A DNA stretch of 64,000 nucleotides from a virus. Below, piece after piece: positions 50,583-59,952 of this stretch (the first letter of the stretch is position 1; every line of letters begins with the position of its first letter). The notes beneath the pieces are model-generated. The model was not told the origin of the DNA and searched no databases. It was given only the letters and a program-made list of their open reading frames with translations. Both the position numbers and the translations under genes were made by a program. The stretch is taken from positions 6,649 to 70,648 of IMG/VR virus record IMGVR_UViG_3300008735_000004; one strand, given 5' to 3'.

Positions 50583-52939
50583 TAAAATCTCCTGCGTTTT
50601 GGTTTAACAATTGATCTAGATGTATGTTTGAAACCTGAACGATTAAATAAAGTTCTTTGTTTTATAGGAACAGGTTTACCCTTTCCATCTAATTCATATT
50701 CCTCAGGTTCGCCGCGTGAAATAGACCCGTGGTTATATATAGTCATGTCATCCCGTTGTTGTACCTCTGGTCTAAAAGTTTTCTGTTCCACACTTCTCCA
50801 TCCGGGTTTTACTGCAGAAATTCCTTCAAATCCTTCTACATTTTCTGCAGCTAAATCAGAGTCTCTTTTATGAAATACTGAGGTGTCCATTGTATAAGCA
50901 TAGATACCTAGCATCATAGCATCTAATCTATGATCTAAGCCATCACGAACTGTGGATGCATACACTTCTCCCTGCTTACCAATTCGCTCTACTACATAAC
51001 CCCTCATTTGTCCTATTAATTTTTGCTCCTCATCTTCAACTATTCCACCTTTTAAATCACACGCAGGAATAGCTAATAATCCACTTTCATTCATTAACTG
51101 GGCATTCTTCACCATAACATTTTTTGTGGGTGCTTTAGTAGAAGTTCCGGTTATTTTATCAATAATTTCAGTAGATCCTCCCATGTCAACTGATATCATA
51201 TTATTTAGAAAATTTTTCATACCAGCACATGATGTCCCCATCGGGCCTACTCCATTTTCTAAGGATAAACGTAACATTTCATAATTAGCTTCCCCGTGTC
51301 CTTTATCAAAAGCCATTAATTTAAAAGGAATCTTTTTCATCAATTTTAAAATAAAGTCAACGGAACCCATATTGGTGTAAGAAGCGGGATCAATAGCGTC
51401 TGCATAGAATACACGTAATAGGCCTGACTTTTCAATTCGATTGTTAGGCTCGCCGTTGATATCTTTCCATTCTCCTCCATTATAGGGTAGCAGGTGTTCT
51501 GTGTCATTCATATATTCAAGTATTACTGCTTGTACTCCAAACTGAGATTCATTCCAATCAACCCCTAATATATAATAGTTATTAGGATTTACTTTCAAAC
51601 TACTATAACTATAGACATATAAATTTTGATCAATAAAATGATTTTTAAAGACACCTTCAGCCATCGATCCAAACTCTGCCATATACTCATGAAGATATTG
51701 ACTCTCTGAAGTAACCATTCTAATTTGTTTAGCTTTTTCTTCACTCCACTGGGGAGAAACATTGGAAGGCATATGCCACTCCGAAAAGCCCATTTCGTCT
51801 TTATGTTTACTGACATTATAAAAGTATTCGCGTTTACCTGTAGGAGTACCCGACACAGTAATTGAAGTATGTGTGTAAGATTGCTCAATAGGAAGAACTG
51901 CTTCTACCAATAAGGCATTAGGAATAGAATCTACCTCATCAATGTATAAGTCACTAGCTGAGTTATGTACAAGAAATCCTCCGGAGTGTAAGCCATCTAT
52001 TTTAAAAGAAGATAATGCATCTGCTCCATAAGGGGTAACTACGGCACCGCTAGAATTTGGAATTTGATTAAAGGCTATAAAATTATGATATTTGTCAATT
52101 GTAAGATCATATGTTTTTGCTTTTCCAATTTTATGAAATTTCTGAACTCTTGTCCAATAAGCTTTTCCATTAGGATGTACTGTTGCTATAAAATCTGATT
52201 TACTACCCTGGTCCTCCTCAGTATTTAAATCTTTAGCCTCTATCCATCCTCTATACATTGCCATAACTTTATGGTTTTCTGTTAAATGTAATCTGCGCTC
52301 ACTACTGCTTTCAATAGCATATATATCTTTTATTCCGTTATCGTGTATAGATGAAACAGTACCAACTCGAGCGTTATTATCAGTCAGTTCCGTGTCTACT
52401 GATAAAACTTTATCACCTTCTTTTATATCTTTAATTTCTTTTAATGTTATTCCATCCGCCATCACTACTAAAGTATCGCCGGGAAGACATTTACCACGAA
52501 CAGCATTATTTCCAACAAAACCCATAATAATAGAATTATTCTTAAATTTTATTTCGTAAGGACGCATTCTAGTTCCCTCAATTGATTTGGAAACTTCAGG
52601 AGATTCATTAACCATGTTCTTAATAAGATTAAACACAGTTTGAACCTGCGAATCATAGCCTGCAACTATAAGAATCTCCCTATATTTATTAGTATAAGCT
52701 TTCCAAATAGCTTCTACAGCTATAGTTACAGATTTACCAACACGACGGCCAATTCTAAGAATTCTTTTAGAGGCTCTATCTCTTAATATCTTCTTCTGGT
52801 AGGAGCGTAATTCTAGGGGTTCATTGGGATTAGAGGGAGATCGTAAATATATTTCAGCAAAGTAAACTGGGTCTGCCAAAATCTTAGCTTCTAGTAATTG
52901 TTCATCGTCTAATATAGGTTTTTCTATTTGTTCAGACAT
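50582..52939 (-). CDS. terL: Terminase large subunit with mini-intein
   Basis: LRSYQ, Walker A GRRVGKS, Walker B LYIDEVD, VSGTP, and nuclease motifs LGVDWN and DHRLDA. Confidence 0.93.
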   Translation of the reverse strand: MSEQIEKPILDDEQLLEAKILADPVYFAEIYLRSPSNPNEPLELRSYQKKILRDRASKRILRIGRRVGKSVTIAVEAIWKAYTNKYREILIVAGYDSQVQTVFNLIKNMVNESPEVSKSIEGTRMRPYEIKFKNNSIIMGFVGNNAVRGKCLPGDTLVVMADGITLKEIKDIKEGDKVLSVDTELTDNNARVGTVSSIHDNGIKDIYAIESSSERRLHLTENHKVMAMYRGWIEAKDLNTEEDQGSKSDFIATVHPNGKAYWTRVQKFHKIGKAKTYDLTIDKYHNFIAFNQIPNSSGAVVTPYGADALSSFKIDGLHSGGFLVHNSASDLYIDEVDSIPNALLVEAVLPIEQSYTHTSITVSGTPTGKREYFYNVSKHKDEMGFSEWHMPSNVSPQWSEEKAKQIRMVTSESQYLHEYMAEFGSMAEGVFKNHFIDQNLYVYSYSSLKVNPNNYYILGVDWNESQFGVQAVILEYMNDTEHLLPYNGGEWKDINGEPNNRIEKSGLLRVFYADAIDPASYTNMGSVDFILKLMKKIPFKLMAFDKGHGEANYEMLRLSLENGVGPMGTSCAGMKNFLNNMISVDMGGSTEIIDKITGTSTKAPTKNVMVKNAQLMNESGLLAIPACDLKGGIVEDEEQKLIGQMRGYVVERIGKQGEVYASTVRDGLDHRLDAMMLGIYAYTMDTSVFHKRDSDLAAENVEGFEGISAVKPGWRSVEQKTFRPEVQQRDDMTIYNHGSISRGEPEEYELDGKGKPVPIKQRTLFNRSGFKHTSRSIVKPKRRRF
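51962..52489 (-). mobile_element. Mini-intein in TerL (176 aa, aa 151-326)
   Basis: K/CLPGDTLVVMADG, LTENHKV, YDLTIDKYHNFIA and GFLVHN/S. Too short to hold an endonuclease. Confidence 0.92.
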
Positions 52940-53763
52940 ATAAGTAATCCGCTAATTATGGGAGATGAATTATTTTCAAAAGTAAGCATGAAAGCTGTTT
53001 GCTCTGTATCTTCTACAAAACGCATACTTTCCTTTTTTAGCACCGGTAGCTCTTTACATATTTCAGGTAATTTAATAGTACCGCATCCTTGTACAGCTTT
53101 ATGTCCTTTGACTTGTCCATCAAAAGGTATAAAGAGTTTACTAAGTGTTTGTATCATTATATCTTTACTATCCGTGGTTAAGTGTTTTAATGTTTGTAAG
53201 GGTAAAATAAATTTGTCTAGTATATAGGTTAAGGCGCTTTGACTTAATTTTGTTAAAGCCGCGGGTACCCATTGTTTTGTGTAGTAGTTAGGACGACTAT
53301 TATTAACACGTATTATTGAACTACCTAGGCTATCTAAATATAGTTTAGAAGGAGACCACGTTCCAAAAAAGGGCAGATGCCTAAAAGCACATGCATTAAC
53401 TTCCCTAGGAGAGCCTCTAAAAGTTTCTGGATATTCTTTAAGTGATTGCGCTGTTAAGTACTCTTCTTTGCAAAGAGGTCCGCGAGTTAATTTTGTATCT
53501 TTCCCGCAATATAAATTTCTACCATGAGATGATCGTAAATGCATAATATTTTCTTTAACTTTTTTAATAGATACAATACGATTAAATGTAAATTCATCTT
53601 TCCAGGCTATGATGGATGGATAAGGAGAATAGTTTCCAAGATCTTCTATGGAAACTATTTCACCTGAAGCGAGCATTAAAAGTTGACCTTGGCCTAAGAC
53701 CAGGGTTTTACTTTTTTGAATTTGTGCCTTAGACTTGGTTTTATATAAAATCTTCTGTGCCAA
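52924..53763 (-). CDS. Free-standing degenerate Hint/intein-like protein (start uncertain)
   Basis: VLGQGQLLMLASGEIVSIEDL resembles block A, LRSSHGRNLYCGKDTKL block B, and AFMLTFENNSSPIISGLLI blocks F/G. The catalytic C1, TxxH and HN residues are absent. Confidence 0.55.
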   Translation of the reverse strand: MAQKILYKTKSKAQIQKSKTLVLGQGQLLMLASGEIVSIEDLGNYSPYPSIIAWKDEFTFNRIVSIKKVKENIMHLRSSHGRNLYCGKDTKLTRGPLCKEEYLTAQSLKEYPETFRGSPREVNACAFRHLPFFGTWSPSKLYLDSLGSSIIRVNNSRPNYYTKQWVPAALTKLSQSALTYILDKFILPLQTLKHLTTDSKDIMIQTLSKLFIPFDGQVKGHKAVQGCGTIKLPEICKELPVLKKESMRFVEDTEQTAFMLTFENNSSPIISGLLICLNK

Positions 53764-53861
53764 AGTTCTTGCATAACTCCTGATTGATCGACTTTTTTCT
53801 TAAATCTGCGAAGCATTCCCTCTACAGATTCGTTTTCATGTTTAGGTGTAACTTTTACCAT
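53694..53861 (-). CDS. rpsU: Ribosomal protein bS21 homologue (55 aa), not in ORF track
   Basis: MVKVTPKHENESVEGMLRRFKKKVDQSGVMQELWHRRFYIKPSLRHKFKKVKPWS matches the bS21 pattern ES-x4-LRRFK...G...E...R-x-Y-x-KPS. An AGGA RBS lies upstream. Confidence 0.88.
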   Translation of the reverse strand: MVKVTPKHENESVEGMLRRFKKKVDQSGVMQELWHRRFYIKPSLRHKFKKVKPWS

Positions 53862-53872
53862 AACTATTCCTA

Positions 53873-54916
53873 TTATCTTGAATGATGGTACATTGCTTCT
53901 GTACCCATTAATCTATTTGTTGGATTAATTTTATTACCATACGTAGCTCGGACTGCTCGTTGCCTTTCTGTTGCAGCTCCAGCAGATGCCATAGCCATAT
54001 GTAAACGTCCTCTTCCAAACTCTGGACGTTGAATTTCTTTTACATATTGAAAAAAAGATCTAGCTGCTTCTCCTACTCCTTCTACAGCAATACTTCCTGC
54101 TGCCTTTGCTATACCTCCAAATAATTCAAACCAGGCATATGTAGAGTATAATCCTAAAGCTGCTGTAAATAAACGAGCACCTCCGCTTGTAGCACCTACT
54201 TGTAATCCCTTTTTCATCATATCTTTTGTAATATTAACTGTAGTTTTTCCTTTTACCCCAGACTCTATAACTTTAGCACCGGCCACGTCTACTCCTCCCA
54301 TTTTGTATAGCTTGCTTGCTATTAAATCTTTACCAACTGTGGAGCCTACACTCTTTTCGGACAAGTTTGCCATTCCTGCTAATCCCAAACTTCTAGCATT
54401 AGACATAGTCTGTACAAATTCATATTTTGCCCAGTCAGTGCTTTTAGCAGAAATACCCTGTCCTAAAGCTTGTATACCGGAAAGCATAACGTTGCCAATA
54501 GAAGCTCTAGCTCCCATACCAGCGCCTTCTCCCATACCTAGGAGCAAAGTTTTATAACCAAGCATTCCCCCAAAACGAGTAGTTGCTGCGGTACCTGCTT
54601 TATACATTCTTCCGCCGTCCCCGAATAAGTTAGGCGTAGTGTAATATCCTTTTGCTAAACCTTTAGGAATTTTATTAACTTTTCCAACAAAGTCACCTCC
54701 AGCACCAAAAATACCCTGCTTGGCCATTTTAGCTGCTGTAAGTGGATTAAAGATAAACCCACCATACATAGCACCTGTCCACGGGGTAGGCATCAGGCTT
54801 AGAGGATTTACACCTGTAGCGCCTTCAATTCCCATATAAGCGCCACCCACTGCAAGGCCTCCCCCTGTGCCTGTAAGAGCTTTGCTCATAACACTAGCTT
54901 CTGTCTGTAAAGGCAT
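53873..54916 (-). CDS. Gly/Ala-rich basic protein with hydrophobic segments (347 aa)
   Basis: Glycine-rich with several hydrophobic stretches; TAATG-coupled. Confidence 0.65.
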   Translation of the reverse strand: MPLQTEASVMSKALTGTGGGLAVGGAYMGIEGATGVNPLSLMPTPWTGAMYGGFIFNPLTAAKMAKQGIFGAGGDFVGKVNKIPKGLAKGYYTTPNLFGDGGRMYKAGTAATTRFGGMLGYKTLLLGMGEGAGMGARASIGNVMLSGIQALGQGISAKSTDWAKYEFVQTMSNARSLGLAGMANLSEKSVGSTVGKDLIASKLYKMGGVDVAGAKVIESGVKGKTTVNITKDMMKKGLQVGATSGGARLFTAALGLYSTYAWFELFGGIAKAAGSIAVEGVGEAARSFFQYVKEIQRPEFGRGRLHMAMASAGAATERQRAVRATYGNKINPTNRLMGTEAMYHHSR

Positions 54917-55539
54917 TATACTGTACTCCTATGTCTGGCTTTGTGCATTGCAAAAGGCAAACTTCCACTCATACCTAAATGCCCTGGTTTACCCTTAGTG
55001 CGCTGATTTGACCACATACGATAACCTGCTCCTCCTCCTCTAGCACGGTTACCTGGAACTTGTTTCTGGTATGCTGCTCGTCTTGCTGTATTAGCGGCAT
55101 TAACTACTTGTAATTGAACTTTTCGAGCTGTATATGCTCCTGCTACAGCGCCAATACCAGTTGCTGCGAGAGCTGCTCCTCCTATAGGTGTCTTAGAAAA
55201 AGCACCTATTAGTAACGAACCTGCTAGCCCAATTCCGGCACCTGTAACTGCACCTACTCCGACTGGTTTAGTCATAGTAGACTTAGCAATATCAGGAAGT
55301 CTTTCTCCCCAATAGCCAGTAAGAGCGCCAATTCCTCCAACACCCTGTCCTGTAATACCTAAGGTAGCGACAGTTGCCTGTCTTCTCCAAAAACCCGCTT
55401 CTCTAAATGCTTTTGAAGATGTCATACTTTGGCTTCCCGGAGTCTTTGCTACACTCTTTCCGGGGCTATTTAACCATGATCCGGCCATTCCGGCGGCTCC
55501 TAACCCAGCCATTACGGCTAATGTAGATTTAGCTATCAT
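54916..55539 (-). CDS. Glycine-zipper-like membrane protein (207 aa)
   Basis: GVGAVTGAGIGLAG and GAALAATGIGAVAGA segments. Confidence 0.65.
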   Translation of the reverse strand: MIAKSTLAVMAGLGAAGMAGSWLNSPGKSVAKTPGSQSMTSSKAFREAGFWRRQATVATLGITGQGVGGIGALTGYWGERLPDIAKSTMTKPVGVGAVTGAGIGLAGSLLIGAFSKTPIGGAALAATGIGAVAGAYTARKVQLQVVNAANTARRAAYQKQVPGNRARGGGAGYRMWSNQRTKGKPGHLGMSGSLPFAMHKARHRSTV

Positions 55540-56320
55540 TTTTCACATCCTCTTTAAAGGCTTCGTCAAGACTCTGTTCGGTGATCTTTTTTTCTTCTTG
55601 CTCTATTTCAACTAATTTTTCAAATTTCTCACGCATTTCTGCAGCCCTTGTTGAAGGATCTGTTTCATCCGTAAGTTTATACTTAGCACGTTGTTCTCTT
55701 GTTGCTAATAATTCTTTTCTTAGTTGTGTTAAAAGTTTAGAAGATCTAGCTTTTATGTCTACATAAGGAGTAGCCTGCTCTGTATACAAAGCCGTACCTG
55801 TGGCTTGAATAACGCTAGTTGCTACTTCTTTTACATCTCCATATAAAGCTATCATATTCTGTGCTCTCCGTTTATCGAGTAAGGCTGCTGCATATTCTTG
55901 TACCATACTTACTTCTAAATAATTTTCTAAGTCAACACCCATATCAGTAATTAACTGAGGTATCATTTGATCTAGATACATAATTTCATCGGGACAGCGT
56001 TCCCCCTTGGGAGCAATTCCAGCTTTATAAAAGAAACAAGTCTTATATACTGGACACTCCTCGCCATGACACAGCATGGGTAAAGTATTATTTACTCCGA
56101 AAGTAGAGATCTTAGAATGCTTTAACAAGCTTGTCACTTGCTTTCTACTAAGCTTTATATCCTCCCTAACCTCTTCAGGATAGGCAGCAAGTATCTTTTC
56201 AATCTCTGTTGTTTTAGGTAGATCAACTAAGGCCACTAGGTCATCTTTACCCATCTTAGCCAAAGCTTTTTCTACCTTATCGGGAACTATGTCCTTATTA
56301 GTTATGTCATCTTTACTCAT
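55529..56320 (-). CDS. Hypothetical protein with Cys4 cluster; terminase small subunit candidate (263 aa)
   Basis: C-x4-C-x5-C...C cluster followed by helices, a few genes upstream of terL. The TerS role is positional inference only. Confidence 0.4.
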   Translation of the reverse strand: MSKDDITNKDIVPDKVEKALAKMGKDDLVALVDLPKTTEIEKILAAYPEEVREDIKLSRKQVTSLLKHSKISTFGVNNTLPMLCHGEECPVYKTCFFYKAGIAPKGERCPDEIMYLDQMIPQLITDMGVDLENYLEVSMVQEYAAALLDKRRAQNMIALYGDVKEVATSVIQATGTALYTEQATPYVDIKARSSKLLTQLRKELLATREQRAKYKLTDETDPSTRAAEMREKFEKLVEIEQEEKKITEQSLDEAFKEDVKNDS

Positions 56321-56534
56321 TCAAAGCCTCTATTTGTGCCTTTATTTCTGGATCCATATCTATCACTTTACACACACTTAGTAGATAATTACACCTAGGT
56401 CCAGAATCCTTATATAACTTAAGAAACATTTTAATCTCTTTGTATTCTTTTAAGAAATCTAATTTACCTTTTTTAGCTAAAGAACATAATTCTTTCCGCA
56501 TAGGTATATATCTTACTAGAGAATGATTAGACAT
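56313..56534 (-). CDS. Hypothetical protein (73 aa)
   Basis: Overlaps both neighbours in the operon. Confidence 0.6.
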   Translation of the reverse strand: MSNHSLVRYIPMRKELCSLAKKGKLDFLKEYKEIKMFLKLYKDSGPRCNYLLSVCKVIDMDPEIKAQIEALNE

Positions 56535-56892
56535 CCATTTCCAGTATACCTTTTGTAATAGTTTTATTAGAATACTTTTGATTCCATAAAGGAATCATAG
56601 TTTCATCTATTTCATAAAAGGCAAGAATAGCACATGGTTTATAGTAAGGATCATGTACAATATGTTTAGATTGTATTTTTCGTTTAGCATCTCCTGCTAC
56701 TACTGCATAGAACTTATGCTCATTACGCCAAAAAAGCAATTGAGTAACTACATCATCGGTAGTTGCTAAGTTATCGTATTCTTCCATATCAACCTCGTAC
56801 ACTTCGGGCTCATTGACATCTGCTTCATAGAAGTTTTTAGCCATAGCTCTTACGGGCTGAGGTAATTCTTCGTAACTTTCAACGGGTATCAT
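56527..56892 (-). CDS. Hypothetical protein (121 aa)
   Basis: ATGA-coupled to the clpP-like gene. Confidence 0.65.
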   Translation of the reverse strand: MIPVESYEELPQPVRAMAKNFYEADVNEPEVYEVDMEEYDNLATTDDVVTQLLFWRNEHKFYAVVAGDAKRKIQSKHIVHDPYYKPCAILAFYEIDETMIPLWNQKYSNKTITKGILEMDV

Positions 56893-57512
56893 TGTTGCAT
56901 CATTCCTATAATTTCAGCTAAACCTTGTAAATGCATTGCTGCTTCTGCAAAGTTTTTATCTGTTTTATGTTGTATCAGTTCTATGGGCAGCTTATGTTCA
57001 ATTTGTGTAACAATACCTTCTTTTTTAGCTCTATCAGCCCACATAAAGTTTACCTTCGAATGAAGTTTTTCAAATTTCTTTTTGCTTATATTAGCTCGAT
57101 CTTTGAATAAATCCTTTACAATTTCGCCTTGACTGCTTAGAGTTTCACTAGTTGTTTTAAAATCTAACGAAGATCCAGTTACATTTAAAGTACTGGGATG
57201 TGTCATAAATTGTGTGCGAGGAAAAGCTATACGCTTATCCCCTGCAAGGAAAATAAGGACACCTGCCGAAGATACCTCGGACAACCCCAAAGTATGTACG
57301 GGAGCAATGGAGGATCTTAATATATCAAACAAAGATAAGGCTGTTTTTAAGTTTCCCCCATCTGTGTCTATAACAACATAGATAGGATCTTCTGTTGACA
57401 TGCTATTTAATTCTATTATTTGTGCCGCTACTCTTCCAATAAGGGAGTTTTCTCTTGTATCTTCCCCAGAAGTAGAAACAATATTTTCTGTTATAAAAAT
57501 TATTCTATTCAC
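56889..57512 (-). CDS. clpP: ClpP-like protease subunit (207 aa)
   Basis: NRIIFI, PIYVVIDTDGG, VSSAGVLIFLAG, RIAFP...FMTHP, A...GIV. Confidence 0.85.
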   Translation of the reverse strand: MNRIIFITENIVSTSGEDTRENSLIGRVAAQIIELNSMSTEDPIYVVIDTDGGNLKTALSLFDILRSSIAPVHTLGLSEVSSAGVLIFLAGDKRIAFPRTQFMTHPSTLNVTGSSLDFKTTSETLSSQGEIVKDLFKDRANISKKKFEKLHSKVNFMWADRAKKEGIVTQIEHKLPIELIQHKTDKNFAEAAMHLQGLAEIIGMMQQ

Positions 57513-57910
57513 TAAGACCTCTTTACTGTTATATATTCTATAATTATCATATAAAATGTTAATGCATCTCTGTTTTTATTAGAGTTTAATTCGCTTTCTT
57601 CTATTGTTTTTTCAGTCATCCAATCATTATTATCTACTCTAATTGATTCATAAACTACTGTACTCTTATAATCTTCCTTTACAGTTCGATCAATATATTG
57701 AATACTAAAATCTTCAACGGTTACCTCATCTGAACCAGCTTGCGCTGTTAAAGTATTAATTCTTGTATTTACAAATTCAGTAAGTTCTATTGCAGTTGAA
57801 TTTGCTGACATAAAAGAAACATCTTTAAAAGTTGTTTTCTTTATAACTGCCTGCTTCTGTCGTTTCTTTTTCTTTATTAGTTCCCTAATTCTTTTAGATA
57901 AAAATCCCAT
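57512..57910 (-). CDS. Hypothetical protein (132 aa)
   Basis: In operon, with a basic N-terminus and a GGAGG RBS. Confidence 0.65.
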   Translation of the reverse strand: MGFLSKRIRELIKKKKRQKQAVIKKTTFKDVSFMSANSTAIELTEFVNTRINTLTAQAGSDEVTVEDFSIQYIDRTVKEDYKSTVVYESIRVDNNDWMTEKTIEESELNSNKNRDALTFYMIIIEYITVKRS

Positions 57911-57911
57911 A

Positions 57912-58166
57912 TTAGTCCTCCATTATGTCAAGCACGTCTCCTTGATCGCGTGCTTCTTGTATTACATCATCGGGTAATTCTACTTTTACTATTTCTGAAA
58001 TAGAGTATCTTCTTCCACAATGCGGACATAAAGTATAACTATCTGAGAAAATGTCTAATTCTGGGGCCTTTAAGCAGGAACAAACCACAATAATTTTTTG
58101 ATCTGCCCATTCTACCCGGTAATCGCCCAAATAAATTTCACGTCGATAAATATCGGTATATGACAT
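57912..58166 (-). CDS. Small zinc-ribbon protein (84 aa)
   Basis: CSC...CPHCGRRY. Confidence 0.65.
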   Translation of the reverse strand: MSYTDIYRREIYLGDYRVEWADQKIIVVCSCLKAPELDIFSDSYTLCPHCGRRYSISEIVKVELPDDVIQEARDQGDVLDIMED

Positions 58167-58168
58167 AA

Positions 58169-59308
58169 TTAATTTCCTTGTTGCTGTGCCTCATAGGCAG
58201 CTTTTGATTTAAGTTTAAATCTTTGTTTCTCATTCTGCCCCATAAAAGCATCTCGATGGTCATAAAATCGTTTTTTATACCTAGGTATATTCTTTGTAGA
58301 TTGATATAAATTATCAATTCTATTTTCGAAATGATCCTTATTTTTAATACTATTACATATTGTACCAAATTTGATAGCCTCATGTTCTGCTCGTTGTTCC
58401 CGGGCATTAAACATGGTTCTAACTTCTTGATTACCTCTGAGACTGGTTTCGCAATATGTCATTACAGTGGCTGCTGCTTCCAGGCAGTCCATGCCTGTTG
58501 CTTCCATATCATCCGCATCCATCCAAGTATCCTCATCTACATCTAAAGGATCTTCTGCCTCATCTTCCTCAGAACAGGTTTTAGCTTCTCCAGATAAAAG
58601 AAACCACGCAGGGTTTACCATATTACAATTTACCCAACGAATTGCTTTATTAACTGGTCGCCTAACCCATCTATTTCTAATTTTTTTAAGAAACTTAACA
58701 ATGTCCAAACCTGGAAAATATTTAAAAATTCTGTAAAGTTTTCCAAGAATATCTAAAGAATTAGTTTGATGTACTTCCCTAGAAATATCATCTATTTTAG
58801 AAGTCTCATAATTAGGATCACTAGGACTGCTGATGCCTTCTAAATTCTGCATAGCTTGGCAATCTTGAAATACAGTAGGAATAGGGGCATTCGGAACACC
58901 ATCAGTAGCTCCGTGTAATCCTAAAGCAGCTGCAACAGGATCAAAACCCACCCCATGTGTAAAGCCATCCATAGCTAAATCTAAAGCCATTTCAATAGTT
59001 TTACCATCCAACAAAAGGGAAGGCTCAGCTTTTAATACAGATATTGCTTGAACCATTGCTGTTTGACCCGGATCCATTAAGATAGTTAGATCATTCATTG
59101 CTTTATCTACCAAATCTTCCAATTCTTTTAGATCTTTCTCAGCGGTCTCCAGAAGAGCTAAACGGACTTCATCATCATAAAGACTTTCTACTAAGGTAAT
59201 GTCAGTTATATCTTCCTGTTCTGCTTTTTTAGCAGCAGGTTCTATAACTCTATCACCAGAGATGGGCTTTCTAATATATTTACGTTTATCTCTTCTTATG
59301 TAACTCAT
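58169..59308 (-). CDS. Hypothetical protein (379 aa)
   Basis: Long ORF in the operon; AGACATAACT lies 5 nt upstream of its ATG. Confidence 0.7.
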   Translation of the reverse strand: MSYIRRDKRKYIRKPISGDRVIEPAAKKAEQEDITDITLVESLYDDEVRLALLETAEKDLKELEDLVDKAMNDLTILMDPGQTAMVQAISVLKAEPSLLLDGKTIEMALDLAMDGFTHGVGFDPVAAALGLHGATDGVPNAPIPTVFQDCQAMQNLEGISSPSDPNYETSKIDDISREVHQTNSLDILGKLYRIFKYFPGLDIVKFLKKIRNRWVRRPVNKAIRWVNCNMVNPAWFLLSGEAKTCSEEDEAEDPLDVDEDTWMDADDMEATGMDCLEAAATVMTYCETSLRGNQEVRTMFNAREQRAEHEAIKFGTICNSIKNKDHFENRIDNLYQSTKNIPRYKKRFYDHRDAFMGQNEKQRFKLKSKAAYEAQQQGN

Positions 59309-59315
59309 ATTCTAG

Positions 59316-59642
59316 TTATGTCTTACTATGTTTTAATTTATGCCTATACATATTATCGTGTCCTTGACATAGGCCATTTGCATGATGTTTCTTAATACAA
59401 CCCGGATAAGTACAAGTTCCACCAGTTCCTTTGTTGGGAGCTTCTCTAGGCCCCCAACGAATTACAGTTTCATAATCAAACCCAGCTGCTTCCACAGCAG
59501 CTCCCCATGAACCAAAGTGACGTTGAGCCGCTTTCCATAAAGCGCCATTAGTTTGCTTTACGTATGTAGAATAGCATTTACTTTGTCCTAGTTCCTGAAT
59601 AGCATCTACTATTTTATCTTCTGTCCATTTACGTACTGGCAT
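59316..59642 (-). CDS. Putative DNA-binding protein: homing-endonuclease-associated-type repeat plus Zn finger (108 aa)
   Basis: KWTEDKIV...RHFGSWGAAVEAAG and CTYPGC...H..GLC..H. Confidence 0.6.
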   Translation of the reverse strand: MPVRKWTEDKIVDAIQELGQSKCYSTYVKQTNGALWKAAQRHFGSWGAAVEAAGFDYETVIRWGPREAPNKGTGGTCTYPGCIKKHHANGLCQGHDNMYRHKLKHSKT

Positions 59643-59644
59643 GC

Positions 59645-59911
59645 TTATTCGTAGGAGGCTATTACATCCTCTTCTCTTATTATGAGAAATGTTTCATCAT
59701 CTAAATTAACAACTGTACCAGCGTATTTAGAAAATACTATTTTTTCTCCAACGACTATATCCTTAACATCAGGACCTATCTCAGTAACTACTGCTTTGTG
59801 TGGACGTCCTTTAGATTTTTCAGGTATAATAATACCGCCATCTGTAACGTCTTTTTGTTTTTCGGCCACAATTATAAGCCGATCTTTTTTAGGTTTTACT
59901 TTATAACTCAT
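59645..59911 (-). CDS. groES: Co-chaperonin GroES
   Basis: VKPKKDRLII, TDGGIIIPE, VTEIGPDV, GEKIVFSKYAGT, LIIREEDVIA. Confidence 0.93.
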   Translation of the reverse strand: MSYKVKPKKDRLIIVAEKQKDVTDGGIIIPEKSKGRPHKAVVTEIGPDVKDIVVGEKIVFSKYAGTVVNLDDETFLIIREEDVIASYE

Positions 59912-59952
59912 TAGTTTCTCCTTATTTTAGGTACGAAAAATTACAACTATTT

